Of a stretch of 64,000 nt of DNA, positions 1-12,800 are shown in pieces. The stretch spans positions 172,005 through 236,004 of the forward strand of contig NMRA01000548.1 of the NCBI GenBank assembly GCA_002633005.1, given 5' to 3'. Origin of the DNA: Phoronis australis (lineage: Eukaryota; Animalia; Phoronida). The position numbers and the translations under genes were made by a program. The notes beneath the pieces were generated by a model. That model searched no databases. It saw only the letters and a program-made list of their open reading frames with translations, and was not told the origin of the DNA. The stretch's first letter is position 1; each line of letters starts with the position of its first letter.

Positions 1-589
1 CAAAAATACCTTACGTTTTGCGAGTTTATTTGTCATAGAAACCAAACAAACAAACTAATCGAAAATTCCTAACAGCGTTTTTGAGGTAATTGATGAAGTT
101 TTCATTTAAAAAAGGTTTCGTTAAAATCGACCGAGGGGTTATTTTGCTATGAATGTACCTTTCTTAAAAATGGAATTTTTACTTAAAAAAGGTTTTTACG
201 TAAAAATAATAATGACAAATAAATACAAAAAGTATATTTATATTTCCTGATCTTTGCTCTTTCAGAAAATATATACTTTTACTAGTTGACAAAGCTTAGT
301 TTTTTTGATATACGAGTTAGAACAGAGGCCACTAAATAAGGTTTGAAATAACCTTAAGAACCCTGGAATTGCCAATAACAAGTAGAAATTGTCGATTTTA
401 CGAGGCGCAAGGCATTTTACCGAAAGCCATGCATTGCGTTCTGAGCTCTTTATTTTAAAAAATAAGCAAAAGCCAAGTATTATTTCAGATCCACAACAGT
501 GGTTACACTCAACGCTTTTCTGTGTGTAGCATTCGTACCAATGTGGCCTCTATTTAAACGGAAAATGACACTTAAACGCACCGGGTACG

Positions 590-1820
590 TCACTGTCGTG
601 TGCCATTTTTGGTGCAATGTCTCGTTCTCGATCGCCTTCCGGGCATTCTCGATCGCGGGTTGGCCGGGGTGTTTACAAACCAAGGCTTATAAAAAACACT
701 TTTGCCCCCGATCGCCAAGTTACTATTAAACCACAAAGGTTGATTCAAAAGATCATCCTTTCTTGCAACAATTATTTTCTTGTAGAAAGATGTCATACTT
801 CCAAATACTTCGCGCCAGTAGGAATTATCAATTAGAGATACATGTAACTTCGACTTAATAAAGTCATCTCCAAATGAAGCAAAACTCTTTAATAACGGGT
901 ACAGTGAGTACAGTAATTCACCACTTTTAGACGCAGGGATTTCAAGATATCTACGGACCTTAACGAGTTTTAAAGCTTTGCTGAAAGTATGCATATTAAT
1001 CATTTGAAGTCCCCTTAATCAAGTCCTAAACAGGCAATTGTTCGTTTAATTTTATCATTACGAGCCTGCCATACAAATCTAAAAAATGTCGTATTCAATT
1101 CATCCAAGACATTTACTGGTGGATTTGGTAAACTAGACAACAAAAAATTAAGTTTAGAAATAGTTAATGTTTCAATTACCGTTACTCTACCAAACGGCGT
1201 TAAATTTTGTCGACTCCAACGGTACGCAGCAACAGTGTGGCATGTTGAATGACTCGTAAACAATAGCAAACGGCGACCGAACTTATCACAACCTAGATAG
1301 AACAATGACTGACTCGGCAGCTTTCACAGTCAGACTATATGAAAAGAAATTGGCGCGAAATGCTTGCCTCCCAAAACGTCACTTCCGGAGTAGAGAACGA
1401 ATAATTAATTAAATTACGAAAAGCTGTAATTAAGTGGAAAATATGTCTGGATAACCGACGAACATTATTTTTGCTAAAAATGACATGAAAAAGGGTTGCC
1501 TTCGCCTTTAATATTACTGTAAAAAAACTTTCACCCACCTTCTGATAGACCAACCAAAATTATTTTCGTTCATATTTCTTCCAGCAACGAACCCTGTCTG
1601 ATCCTTGTTGATTAGTTTTCCCAAAACGGGTTTCAACCGTTCAGCCACAGCCGAAGAAGCCAATTTATATATCACACTGAGTAAGGATATGGGTCTCCAG
1701 TTTTTCAAATATTGTTTACGTTTATCTGCTCCCTTAGGGATGCAGGTAATCACTGCCTCTTTCTGTGTTGATGATAGCTGGCCAAGTGCAAAACCAGTAT
1801 TAAGTGATTGAACAACGACC
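590..1820 (-). mobile_element. Decayed L1/Tx1-clade non-LTR retrotransposon ORF2 fragments
   Basis: ORF 1514-1753 has the RT N-terminal motif ITCIPKG..K..LKNWRPISLLSVIYKL..L..LI..DQTGFV.GR. ORF 1015-1305 has the post-RT motif WS..NLT.FGRVT...L.ISKL. ORF 590-1003 has the L.QPLWFN segment. The RT core between them is missing and the frames are broken. Confidence 0.85.
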
Positions 1821-2235
1821 TGTGCTGTAAAAGCGAAGACCCTAACGACTGTGTCCTCAAAAGGTAAACCATGCCCTGATGCAGATTTGTTAAATGCCCT
1901 CTTGAATTTTCTCTCTTATCCGTTTTTCACAGTCTTTCTTTTCTCGACTGTCCCCGGCACCATGCCTATGTCGGTTGCCACGGTTTAACCCAGACGCCTG
2001 AAGATTTTTGGGGGGCCAGTCCCCTCGCTTCCTACGACCCTGCATCCATCCCAGCATTTCTCCTTAGCAGGTCCTCACATTTGCTGTTTATCACCTATCT
2101 CTTGGATCTGGATGTATAAACACTGAAGTGAATTGAAGAAATGTAAGAAATTACAGTTTAGATCTAATCATAGAATAGAAACATAAGTTATCAGTAGATC
2201 CTAAGTCATGAAACTCGTGCAGGACAATTTCGGTT

Positions 2236-2345
2236 ATAGTTTGATAGGTGGGTCCCTCACTCAAAATTCATTTGAAAACCAGTTACTACCACTGAATAAC
2301 GGGCGTAATTCATTGGGAGTAACTGGCTCTAAGATCAAGTACCCA
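2236..2345. mobile_element. Short hairpin MITE (same family as 40865-40976; core related to 35161-35272 and 57541-57652)
   Basis: Matches the reverse complement of 40865-40976 (atagtttgataggtgggtccc...ttgaaaacca...gggagtaactgg). Contains the ccactgaataacg core. Confidence 0.65.
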
Positions 2346-2576
2346 TCATCCCGGCCATGTATCTGATTACCACAATTTTGCTTTGAGTAATCAAATAAAA
2401 CCTTGAAACTTAAAGGTAAGACAAGTTCAAATCACTCTGCCAACATCAGTGGGTGACTGGCAGCATATTCACAAAAAGAATTCTTTTTATACCACAATAT
2501 TAGCCTCGAATGGCAAATACAACCGTTTAATAACCCATAAAGTTATCTCACAAGTGAGATAACATTTTGGCTGGAA

Positions 2577-2645
2577 ACCGAGGCCGGATTCGAACCCGGG
2601 CGTCAAGAGTTTCGAGTCGCCGACTTTCCAGCTACACCACTCAGC
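2577..2645 (-). mobile_element. tRNA-derived SINE head / tRNA pseudogene
   Basis: Minus strand reads GCTGAGTGGTGTAGCTGGAAAG...CCCGGGTTCGAATCCGGCCTCGGT. A-box-like TGGTGTAGCTGG and an intact B-box GGTTCGAATCC are present, but the anticodon stem pairs poorly, so this is not a functional tRNA. Confidence 0.65.
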
Positions 2646-3842
2646 AGCTGACGTCATCAAACGTGAAAATAGAATACTAAATGAGCACGCGCAACAATCG
2701 CATGTTCAGCAAAGGGCATTGCACCGACATTTATGCTCTATGAAAAATATGACGCATAATTTCCATAAAAACGATATTTTAATTCAGTGAAATTTTTCTA
2801 TCGTGTTCTCTCACTTATAAATCACCGATCTCCAATTTGAATGCGGGTATCGTGTCGTCGGGATCCTTTGACTTGAGTATTATAGTCAGTTACTACTGGT
2901 AACCTATTTTAGCAGACGATAATTATTTTCCCGATCGAAGCTTGGCGTGATAAAATGTGTAGTAAGCTATAATAGTTGCTAAACCTTAATTTATAGATTC
3001 ACTTCATTTCTATTTTGTTTAAATTTCCAACTGGTTTTGAGTATAAGCATTATTAAAAAAGGTCACGACCTCCGACCCCGGGCCTCTGACATAAAAAGTA
3101 GTTACAAAGCCGAGGCGAGTCGAGAAAGGTAGATCGATCCATTGCAATGTTTCTCGTTTAGTAAGTGGTATAAATAGATTATTACATGTTCTCAGTCGTT
3201 ATCCCCTTTAACGCCCCTCGGGCGATAATTCTCCAAAATCCACTCGGGCTCTAGATAACGCCATGTAATAATCTATACTTATGCGTATCACTCGTCGTAT
3301 ATCTCACCTGTCTTAATCAGTGGGGAAGCAAAAGAAGTGCAAGTCCCAATTTTTCAAGTGACTGTTGCTTCAGCGCAAAAAGCTCCTCTAATCCTCTTTT
3401 TAGGAACTGCTGTCACCATATCTTGTTTTGAAGTTACTTGACGCAGCACTACCCTCAGAAGTATTAACTATGGGAAATCTATATGAACTACATGATCATA
3501 TAAAATATCTTATCTCTGTGACCACTGACCACGAGTATCAACCATATTCCTTTTTTCGCACAAACACCCGCTAGATGTCTCTGCCGTCCATGAAACAACA
3601 ATGGCCGCCAGTGGCCGTCCAATAGGATTTCGTTAGGTGAAACTTCTCCCTCTCTCCGGTCTCTGGTGTTGTTTGACAGACCTTGGTGAGCCGACTCGTG
3701 CACGAGACAATCTCGCCACCTGGTGGCTGGGAAAGATGAGTGTATATCCTTGGAGGCACTGACGCTCAGTAACAAAACTGGCTACTGACGCTGAAGTAAT
3801 AAGTCGAGCATCTGTCGGTATTCGAGCAAAAATTCTACAGTC

Positions 3843-6800
3843 ATGAAACTGATCTGTTGCTTAATAGTGATCCTTGTTTCGGGTAAGTACTTTTGATTTA
3901 GTAAGTCACAATTTAAGGAGAACTGACAGCGAGGATGGATGTGACTTTTTAGAATGAAATTTAAACCGAATAGTTTTTAAAAAATGGTTTGCACAGAGTT
4001 CTTTAAATTAATACTTAAGGTTATCTAGGACCTGTTAGGATTTTGCTTCAAAATGCCTAGTTTTTGCGTACCGAGCGATATACGAATAATACCGCTGTTT
4101 TTTGCAGTTTTCTCACGAAGGTATATACAATGTTGCCAGTATTGTTTAAGAAGTATTAAACAAAAAATTATAATTTGATAAATTTGACATTACATAACTA
4201 GAACGCTTATTTTCTACGGTACTCAGCGCGTCACCCCTTTTCTGGTATCACAAACAGATCATAAATCCGCTTTGTGAACAAAAAACAAAAAAGTTATTAG
4301 TGAATGGCCTATTTTTAAAATTCCAGTCACAGAAACACATCAAGAATCCAAGGCATCTCAGGTCGAATCTAAACTTTATTGTAAACATCATAGAAAAATT
4401 TACTAAGTCATGCAGTTCTACTGCAGCATGTCCATGTTGTGATGTCACGCGTGGCAGGAATATTTATTTCAAATGAAAAATTAAAGATAAGTGAAATTCG
4501 AAGCTTGTTTTGAGAACGAATGGGCTTGTCCTTTCTACCACCCCCAATACCGTCACTGCTGCAAAGTACATCACTACTTCTAAGATTAGTAGGCCATTTG
4601 AGGAAATTAAAATGTATAAATTGAATGTCTGTGTTTTTCTTTTTTCTCTGTGCCAACATGGTGCTTTGTAAGGCGTTATCTTCTATTGCTTCAAATGGAG
4701 ACAAACATTAAAATGCGATAGCACGTGAAATGCTCATGTTTCACCAAAAAACCTTTTGTATGGAAGGCTTGTGTAACATAAAAAGACTAAGTGAGGCAAA
4801 GACGAACAGCTTTTGCCCAAAATCCCCTCGGGAGAGACATTACGTTTAATGACTTATATAACAATTAGCAATTAGAAAATTAGTGAAATACAACAAAACC
4901 GCATGTATATGCATAGGTACATGTATATGTGTATATATACATATGTATAAGACAAAGAGTCGTCAAAGGTTATTTCCGAAAACGTTAAGGTTTTTTAAAA
5001 CCTTTAAAACCTAGGTTTTGACTCGTTATAGTAAGCATGGGTAATAAATTTTGAGTTATTGTTTTTCTGGGGAAAGTGCAATACCGTGTATCTAGTTTTG
5101 TTGAGAGTTAACTACAATTTGTTGATTCCATGTGAATATGTCTGATAGATAATTATTAATTTCAGTTTCGTTGTTAGTTGGTTTTGTAGACGAAGGCGTG
5201 AGTGTAAGACAGGTAGCACCAGCCATACACTTATTTACGCAGTTTTACTGAAACATTAGAAACACAATGTAGGTTATTGTCCAAATACCTAATAAAAACT
5301 AAAGGTTTACAACGTGCTACCAGCATACCGTCATAAATACATGCCTGTCTGCTGAGAAGTCTGTTATATTCATCTCATGAATTTTCAATGAAATGACAAT
5401 GTTGATCGGAAAATTAAGTGAGGTTACTTAACAAAACAAGTAACACAGTTTACAACATATTAATCTTGGGTTACAAAAATTCATGAAAAGACTTAAGTTA
5501 AAACGCCTTTTAATTTTCTGGCAAATGAATGAAAGCTTGGTGCACTTTCTGAAACACAACATGTTGCTAGAAAAACCCGGCGTCGCATATAGCTGCCAAA
5601 AAAGTAACCGGCGTGTTAATTAATCGCTTGGCCACAAAATTGCTTGGCGACACTAACTAAGGTTTCAGTTTTGAAGGATTGTTTTGTCTATGCTTGAAAA
5701 TATGAATCAAATTGAGAGATGCGATCTGCAAAAAATTGTAAGTATGTAATCGCTTACGGTATATAAACTCATAATGTTGACGCGCATACTTCTGGTGACA
5801 TGAACGGGGACTAAGCGCGTAATGGACCTACAGTACATAAGAATGTCTGCACATGACAGCTATACCTCTGTCACCTCTGACAGTATCATCACTACGTGTA
5901 TACATTAACAATATCACCGCCAATGCCACACCCACCACCATAGTCGCTACCTAGATAACTGCTACCACGAACATTTAACACTAACACTCCCACTAATTAA
6001 AATACATTGCCTTCATATATCATTAAGAAAGTCAAACTTTAAGCGATGATTCACCTCCACCTCAGCAAGTTACATCTACACTGCGCTGAGACCTCCACTA
6101 CATGTCTCATCATTAAGTCAGTGCTAGCGCTAATTACGCAACTCACACGACAACCATGCACGGCCACCACGTCTGACAGAACCACCCCTACTCTGCTATT
6201 GGCATAGACGAATTTGGAGGTGGGGGGAAGGGGCTGCTCCCATACGGTTACAATCAAGGAAAAAGTCGCCGTGAGCATGCTGTTTTCCATTCAGGGCTGA
6301 AAGTTACCTTCTAAACTTCTGGTTCGTCCCTTTTTACGACATTATACTATACTGGGATCGGATCTCAGTAATTACCGCCATTAACGATCAGCCATTTGGG
6401 ATTTCAAAATTGCGGCCATAATGAACAAACCAAAGTGTTTTTTTGTTTTTATGTTTTTGTTGGTTTAATAGTTTATTATATAAGCAAATAAGTAATTGAA
6501 AAACAATTTCTTACAAATATGAATCACCAGTTGTAACTAGTACATCTATAGATCTATAGCTGACTTCGTTTCACACACATACACATACACACACACACAC
6601 AAACACACAAACACACAAATACACACGAAAACTTGCTAATAATGCTAAATACTAAATATAATGCTGGAGTATGTTTGTAAAGATTTGTCATTCTTTTTCA
6701 AAATATTCTTAGCATCCATTTTCTATGAAAATGTACTTAAGGTTTTTCAGATAATAAGCCAATTCCATTTTGAAGACTGCGGTGGAAGGTACCTGGCTCC

Positions 6801-9800
6801 GCAATCGGCGGGAGAAGATGGGTCTTTTTGTTTGACATAAAATCGCATTAAGTGGCTTGCTCCCCTTCCTACTAAATAAAACAGTAAGAGCAGCTAAATT
6901 TTTGCTTACAGAGTACTCTACGCCAAAAACTCCGATACTTTTTGCCAGAAAGATTTCACGAACTAACAATCAAAGAACAAATGAAAAATTTCCTCTGATC
7001 TCGCATGACAGAAGCTACATAGATCCGAATCGCAGTCAAGCTCCTATTTGCAACAATAGTTTGTTTGTTCGCATTATGCTATGGACAATTCTTATCTTAG
7101 CCATGCACTTTAACCTTATGTCATGGACTGGGCTAAAATCAACAGCGTTACCTACATTCTTCGGTGTAAAATATCTAGTCACTCAGATTCGGAATTTTCA
7201 ATTGCAAAATCAGCTTCCCATTTTGACAAAACTTTTGGCGTATTTCATATAAATTTTCCAAAAAAGTCATGTTAAGAGCCCGAGTTCATTACTTATCACC
7301 TGTTACCATTTGAAGCAACCCTGGGAATAGTGAAGATTTTGTTTGAATATTGTTCATCTCTTTGCATTTAAGTAACTTTCTCACACTTTCCGTAAGCTGT
7401 AAAACTGAAGTTAAGAAAGAAGGCTTGAAGTTGAATATTGTGGAGAATTGAGTGTAAGGTAAGAGTTGTGCATTGTCATTACATAAATCCTCAAACAAAC
7501 TTTACGCCTTTTTCATTCCAGGATCGAATGAAAAAGTGTTGCTTTGTTAAGCTGAGGAACAAATTTTTTCGCTTTCTGATAAAAGCATGACAGTTGGTGT
7601 ACATGTCAATTTTGATGTACTTATCAAAATTAACCTAGGTACCCATCGCTCTCTGCTGACGAGTCGTCATCTTGGATTTTTAAAATGCTGAGGGTAGTCC
7701 CGGATTACGCTGCGATAGAATTCTCCTGTGTCCCGGAGGGGAGAAAGGGTGTTACCTCGTTTTTGAAATCAAGCACATTTTTGTGTCTCGCATTGATGTC
7801 GGGAAGGTGAAGAACTTCAGAACACGCGTCCACAGGTATTTTTCCAGGTTATCAAAATTTTTAACGTCGAAGTTACAGCACAGTAATATTTCGTAGGCAT
7901 TGGAAGGACGAACAAAGCATTGTAACTGAGACAAACTTGTACAGAATCATGCAACAACAAATAACATGTGAAGCCCCAATGACACGAAAACGAGGCAGCA
8001 AATGTGCCTGACGGATGTTTACGGCATTGTGGGTAAATACTGCGAGATCCGAGTGTCGCTGTGTAATCCCGGACGGCCCTGTTGGTTTAGCATACAAATT
8101 CATACCTTTAACTCCAAATTATACATTATATGCCACGACAGGAAGAAACAGAGGAATTTTTCAATGATAAAAAGTGAGCAGGGAAACTGAATTTTGCCAA
8201 GACAGGCGGCAGTTATCACTGATGCCATGTCTGTTCTGGCCCCAAACAAAATTAGCCGGTCACTAAAGACCAAACGCTGTGGTAAGTGCCTACAGGAATT
8301 CCAACTGGTAGAAAGCATTCATAGACGTTGTCGGATTGGAAAAGCGATGTAGCGCATAGTGAGTCCTTCTTGAAAGATCGAAACATGCAGTCAAACATTG
8401 ATGGATCGCACAATTCTCGGGCAAAACCAATAAGTCAGTCGCCTTCTATGAGTGGCCGCTGGGGAAGTTTAATCATTACATATGCATTTCAACCCAATGG
8501 ATGACTCAAAATTCACTAGGTTGCTCTAGTGAGACAACAGTATTGCCCATGGAAACGTGCACATTCAAGTAGACACGTATAGGAACCACAATCCCACAGA
8601 CGTTCCCATGCTGTCGAACTGCATTATGCTTTCTTCTATTCATTAGTACCACCTAGTGAATATCGAGTCGCCTATTAAAAATAAAATGAACACCCGTTTT
8701 TGAGTTTCTCAGGGCATTGCTGCATATTATATTTATGAAATCTTTTGTCGGTCTCTTTACCATTCGAAAGTATTTTCGTAAACGACTGTTCGTGATTTGT
8801 AGAACTCAAAACTTGATGGAGACTGGGAGAGCTCTCTTTTTTCCCAGTTTTCATTGGTCATCCGTGCTTACTTTTGACGACGTCGAACATTAGACCACTG
8901 GCTTGTATTGCCTTAGTGCCGGTGTTATACACGCCGGGCATGTGGCGACCGGAACGACCCATTCTCCTAGTGATTCTAGCAGTGATTTTAGTTTCAGGAG
9001 TCTCCTCCAGGATTTCAATGATACCAACGTGTAACCAACCTGCGTGTGACAGGACCTCAAGGTGTGACCACAATCCATGCAATACAGCACAGGCTGAATG
9101 CGCCTCATGTCCCGACGCGACGTGTGTGTAAGTCAAATTTATTTCCGTACTGAAACTAAATTTAAATGGGTCCTTTTCTCGTTAATGTTCATTTTCCAAC
9201 CAGTGGTGTTTACAATCCTTTCCAGAATTGTAATTTTAGTGTATCTTTTGGTTACGTAACCCCATGTGGAGCTGTCCTTCAGCTTCAGGTACAGCTGTGG
9301 TGCTAGTGGCGGTCTGTTCAGAGTTCATTGACATATCCACTATTTGTAGTTATTGTAATTGACCAAGTCATCTAATAGAGCAAATAACTTTTTATATAAG
9401 ATATTAGTGATGAAATGTAAATTTAAGTTACTGTAGTTTATTTATCATTCGTACAAGAAATGGATTGAGTGAAGACCCAGATCCAGTTTTAAGGCCTAGG
9501 GCTGTTGTATGAAACAGGACGTTTCTCTCCCGTTGTAGACACTGGCGTAGCAATTAGATTAAAGTCTGCGCTTACAAGGGTGTTTGAGTTATCTTGAAGA
9601 AATTCTGCAAACATAAGAAAAAGTAAAATTTTAGACGAAATTAAAAATATACGTGATAAGTCTCCATGTGTTTTCCCTAATGTGATAGTGCTCAAACAAT
9701 AAATAATGTCCCGCACGTCAGTTGAATAAATCCTTAAATGACATAAAAACATCATGACCCCACATATGCTATACAGTTCTCGACAAACGAGCCAACTTAT

Positions 9801-12800
9801 AGTGTTCCGTACTGTGTATACAGATTAGATTTACAGTTTTGAACGGCTTCCAATGCTTTAATCCTCATTTGTGTTAACATTTTGTTAGCTATACTTGTGT
9901 AAAAAGTAGTGATGAATTTTAATTCAGCTTACGGCACAGGCACTAACGATAGCTTCTTCTTCTTCTGCGTTCCCGGCCATGTAGACTTTAGGTGTTCAGT
10001 ACGTCGGTCTTCTGAGCAAAGTCTGCCGTTCGGCGGAATCAGGCTGTCGGTCTCCACAGTTTTTCTTGGAGGTCTACCAGACTGGGCCATGTCTGTCGCC
10101 TGAGAGTGTCAAATATAGGACAATTCTGCAAGATGTGGTCTGATGTCTGGAGGCCAGTGCCACACGGGAACTCACAGTATGAGAGATTTTTGGGGGTGGA
10201 TAGAGGTGAGAAAGGAGCTAACAGTGGCCAGTTATTAGCCAGAAGATGTTGACTTTTTGTTGTCGGTCTAGCTGCAAAATATACTGTATTTTTCAGTCCC
10301 TAGACGTAGGCGTACCCTCCAGGCATTTCTAAAGTGGCTTCGTAGGACGGTCTTAATCTCCATAGCATGATGGGTGGGCCGTCTCATCCAGTTTGCTCCC
10401 TGCCTTAGAGAGTCTGTCTGCTTCCCTGTTGCCACTGATGCCACAGTGAGAGGGAATCCATTGCAGCACCACAGTGGGTTTGCTGCTGAGAGTGTACATC
10501 TCCTGCTCGATGTCTTGCAGTGGGATCTGGTCTCTTCTTTTCATTTGGAAGCTCTGCAGCAAAGATGGACAGTCTGTGAGGGAGACTGTCTGATCCGGCA
10601 CCCTTGTTTGCTGGTTTAGTGCCTGGGCTACGAGGTGCGGGGCATTTGCTTCAGCTTCGGTAATTGGTGGAGTGAAGGCCTGTGTCGATGAACTTGAGTA
10701 GACAGCTGCCGTCTGGGTATATGGTGAATGCACCACCTCCCTCATATCTGACGGCATTCTCAGCAGAGCCATCTCTAAAGACTCGGATCCAGATGGTGGT
10801 GGGGTAGTCTCTGTCCAGGGTCTCCAGGGCCAGTGCCTTTGGAACTGCCTCCAGTGTCTGCTTTGCCCCAATCCCAGGGATTGCAGTGCATGTGACGGGA
10901 GCCTCTCCATCTTCTAGCGTTGTCTCAGGAGTTTCAAATCCCGTCTTTCTTCTAGTTAGTTTAACCCTGTCATCATGCTTAAAGTTAATGTATTTATTTA
11001 CTAAATTACAGTCGTGGACATGGCTGGGGTTGGGTAGCCCCACCCTAGTACGTATTCTTACAATGTATAATACAAAACTCGTACTTACTGTGATGAAAAC
11101 TCGTAGGTACTTGGCATGGAATGAACACGTAATTATAAAAATGAGGGACCGGAAAGAAGGAGTAAGAGAAAGTACTTTCATTCACACTCACACCTGTTAT
11201 GATTGAGTAACTAATTATATATATATATATATATACTAAGAGAACTATACAGATCCGGGGCATTTTATATATGAGACCTTTACTGTGGGGTTGCAAAAAA
11301 TTGTGGGGTATATATAATGCCCCACAATTTCAGACCTATCAGAAACTGTTATTTGATATGTACAGTGCCTACACGTGTATTCTCTCAACAACTTGGTTTC
11401 ATCACAACATCCTATATATAACTCTGTACAGTCTCTCCCAAAAGATGTCACTGTTATTATGAGTGCCCTGCTACAGAGTGCCATATGTGACCTACANATG
11501 TACATAAACGCTACAATAGTAACTTATAAGCATCACAACTCCTTGCGACTCAAGAAAATACTACACATTTATTGGGGTTGCCCAACCCCTGCGGATTCGA
11601 AAATGTCGGGTACATACCGCCTCCGTCGGACTTGTGTTGCCTGTTCGTTGAGCAACTAATTCAAGATCGGATGAGCCTGGTAATGTCCTTGAAGCACAGG
11701 TGGCGCAATGCAATAAGATGAAAGTGCCAGGCAGTCTTTATCCGTAATACACATTTTGACACTCCGCCCAATCAAATGTTTGCAAACCCCAGATGTTTAC
11801 CCATCGACAAGTACTTCAATAACAGTGATTTATAAGTGTTATTATGGAAATGTTGCGAAATGTTTAATTTCAAAAATCTAATCTTCGGTAAAAAGACACC
11901 CGAGATACAGCCAAATTTTTTTTTCGAGCAACCTTGTAGTGCCAAGGCACAAAAAGTTTTATTTTCAATGAAGGTTTCTTTTGTGTCTGAGGGTCGCCAT
12001 TCCGCCTGACCGATTTTTAAAAGGGATTGATAACCATGGGCGTTCAAGATCGCAAACTGAACGCCAGGCCATTTCTGCGTGTAATATTTTTGACCACCTT
12101 TTTCACACTCATAGAAGAGACTACATACTCAAAGCCTCGTCATTTTCTTGTCAACTTAGGTTCATGACTAATATTAATTTTTTACTTTTGTTATCTTTAC
12201 CCATGAAGATCGTACTCCTGTAAATATGTCTTTTCCTTGTTTCTGATTATTACTTTATTGCTACCTTGCAGACCGAACTACTGCGGAGGTTGCAACTTTT
12301 ATTTCGTGAAGAACGGACAGAAAGTTCCCGGATGCTCTAGCCCAATCGTAGAGTCAGACAGTCCCCCCAACACATGCCCATCTTGTTCACAGGGTGAAGT
12401 ACAATGCGATAGTGATCCGTGTGACCGGTCGGCGAGACCACCTTGTCGTGGTGCAAAGTGTGTGTAAGTAATTTGCCTCGAGGAATCTGCATGTTGTAGA
12501 CCTAATCCAAATCTGGGAGGGGTGCTGACCGAGCAGTTGACAAAGTTTAATTTCGCTTGGTATATTTTGGTTGATTGAACTGACGTTTTGAGTGTGTAAG
12601 TCAATTTGGAATTTTCACAGTTCTGAATTGCTACAACTTTGTCTTGTGGCTTGTGACCGAGATCTGGCTTCATAAGTCATTTAAGCGGCCACAAACCAGT
12701 CTTCCATCACAAAACCAACTTTCAATTAATTTCGACAACTTTGCCGTCATGAAATTGGTCTCAAATTGTTCCCGTAGTCAAATTAGATGTGCTTTCATGG

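Noticed and set aside
2577-2645. Functional tRNA gene
   Set aside because: The anticodon and D stems do not pair properly; treated as a SINE head. The same applies to 26211 and 28859, whose B-box is broken.
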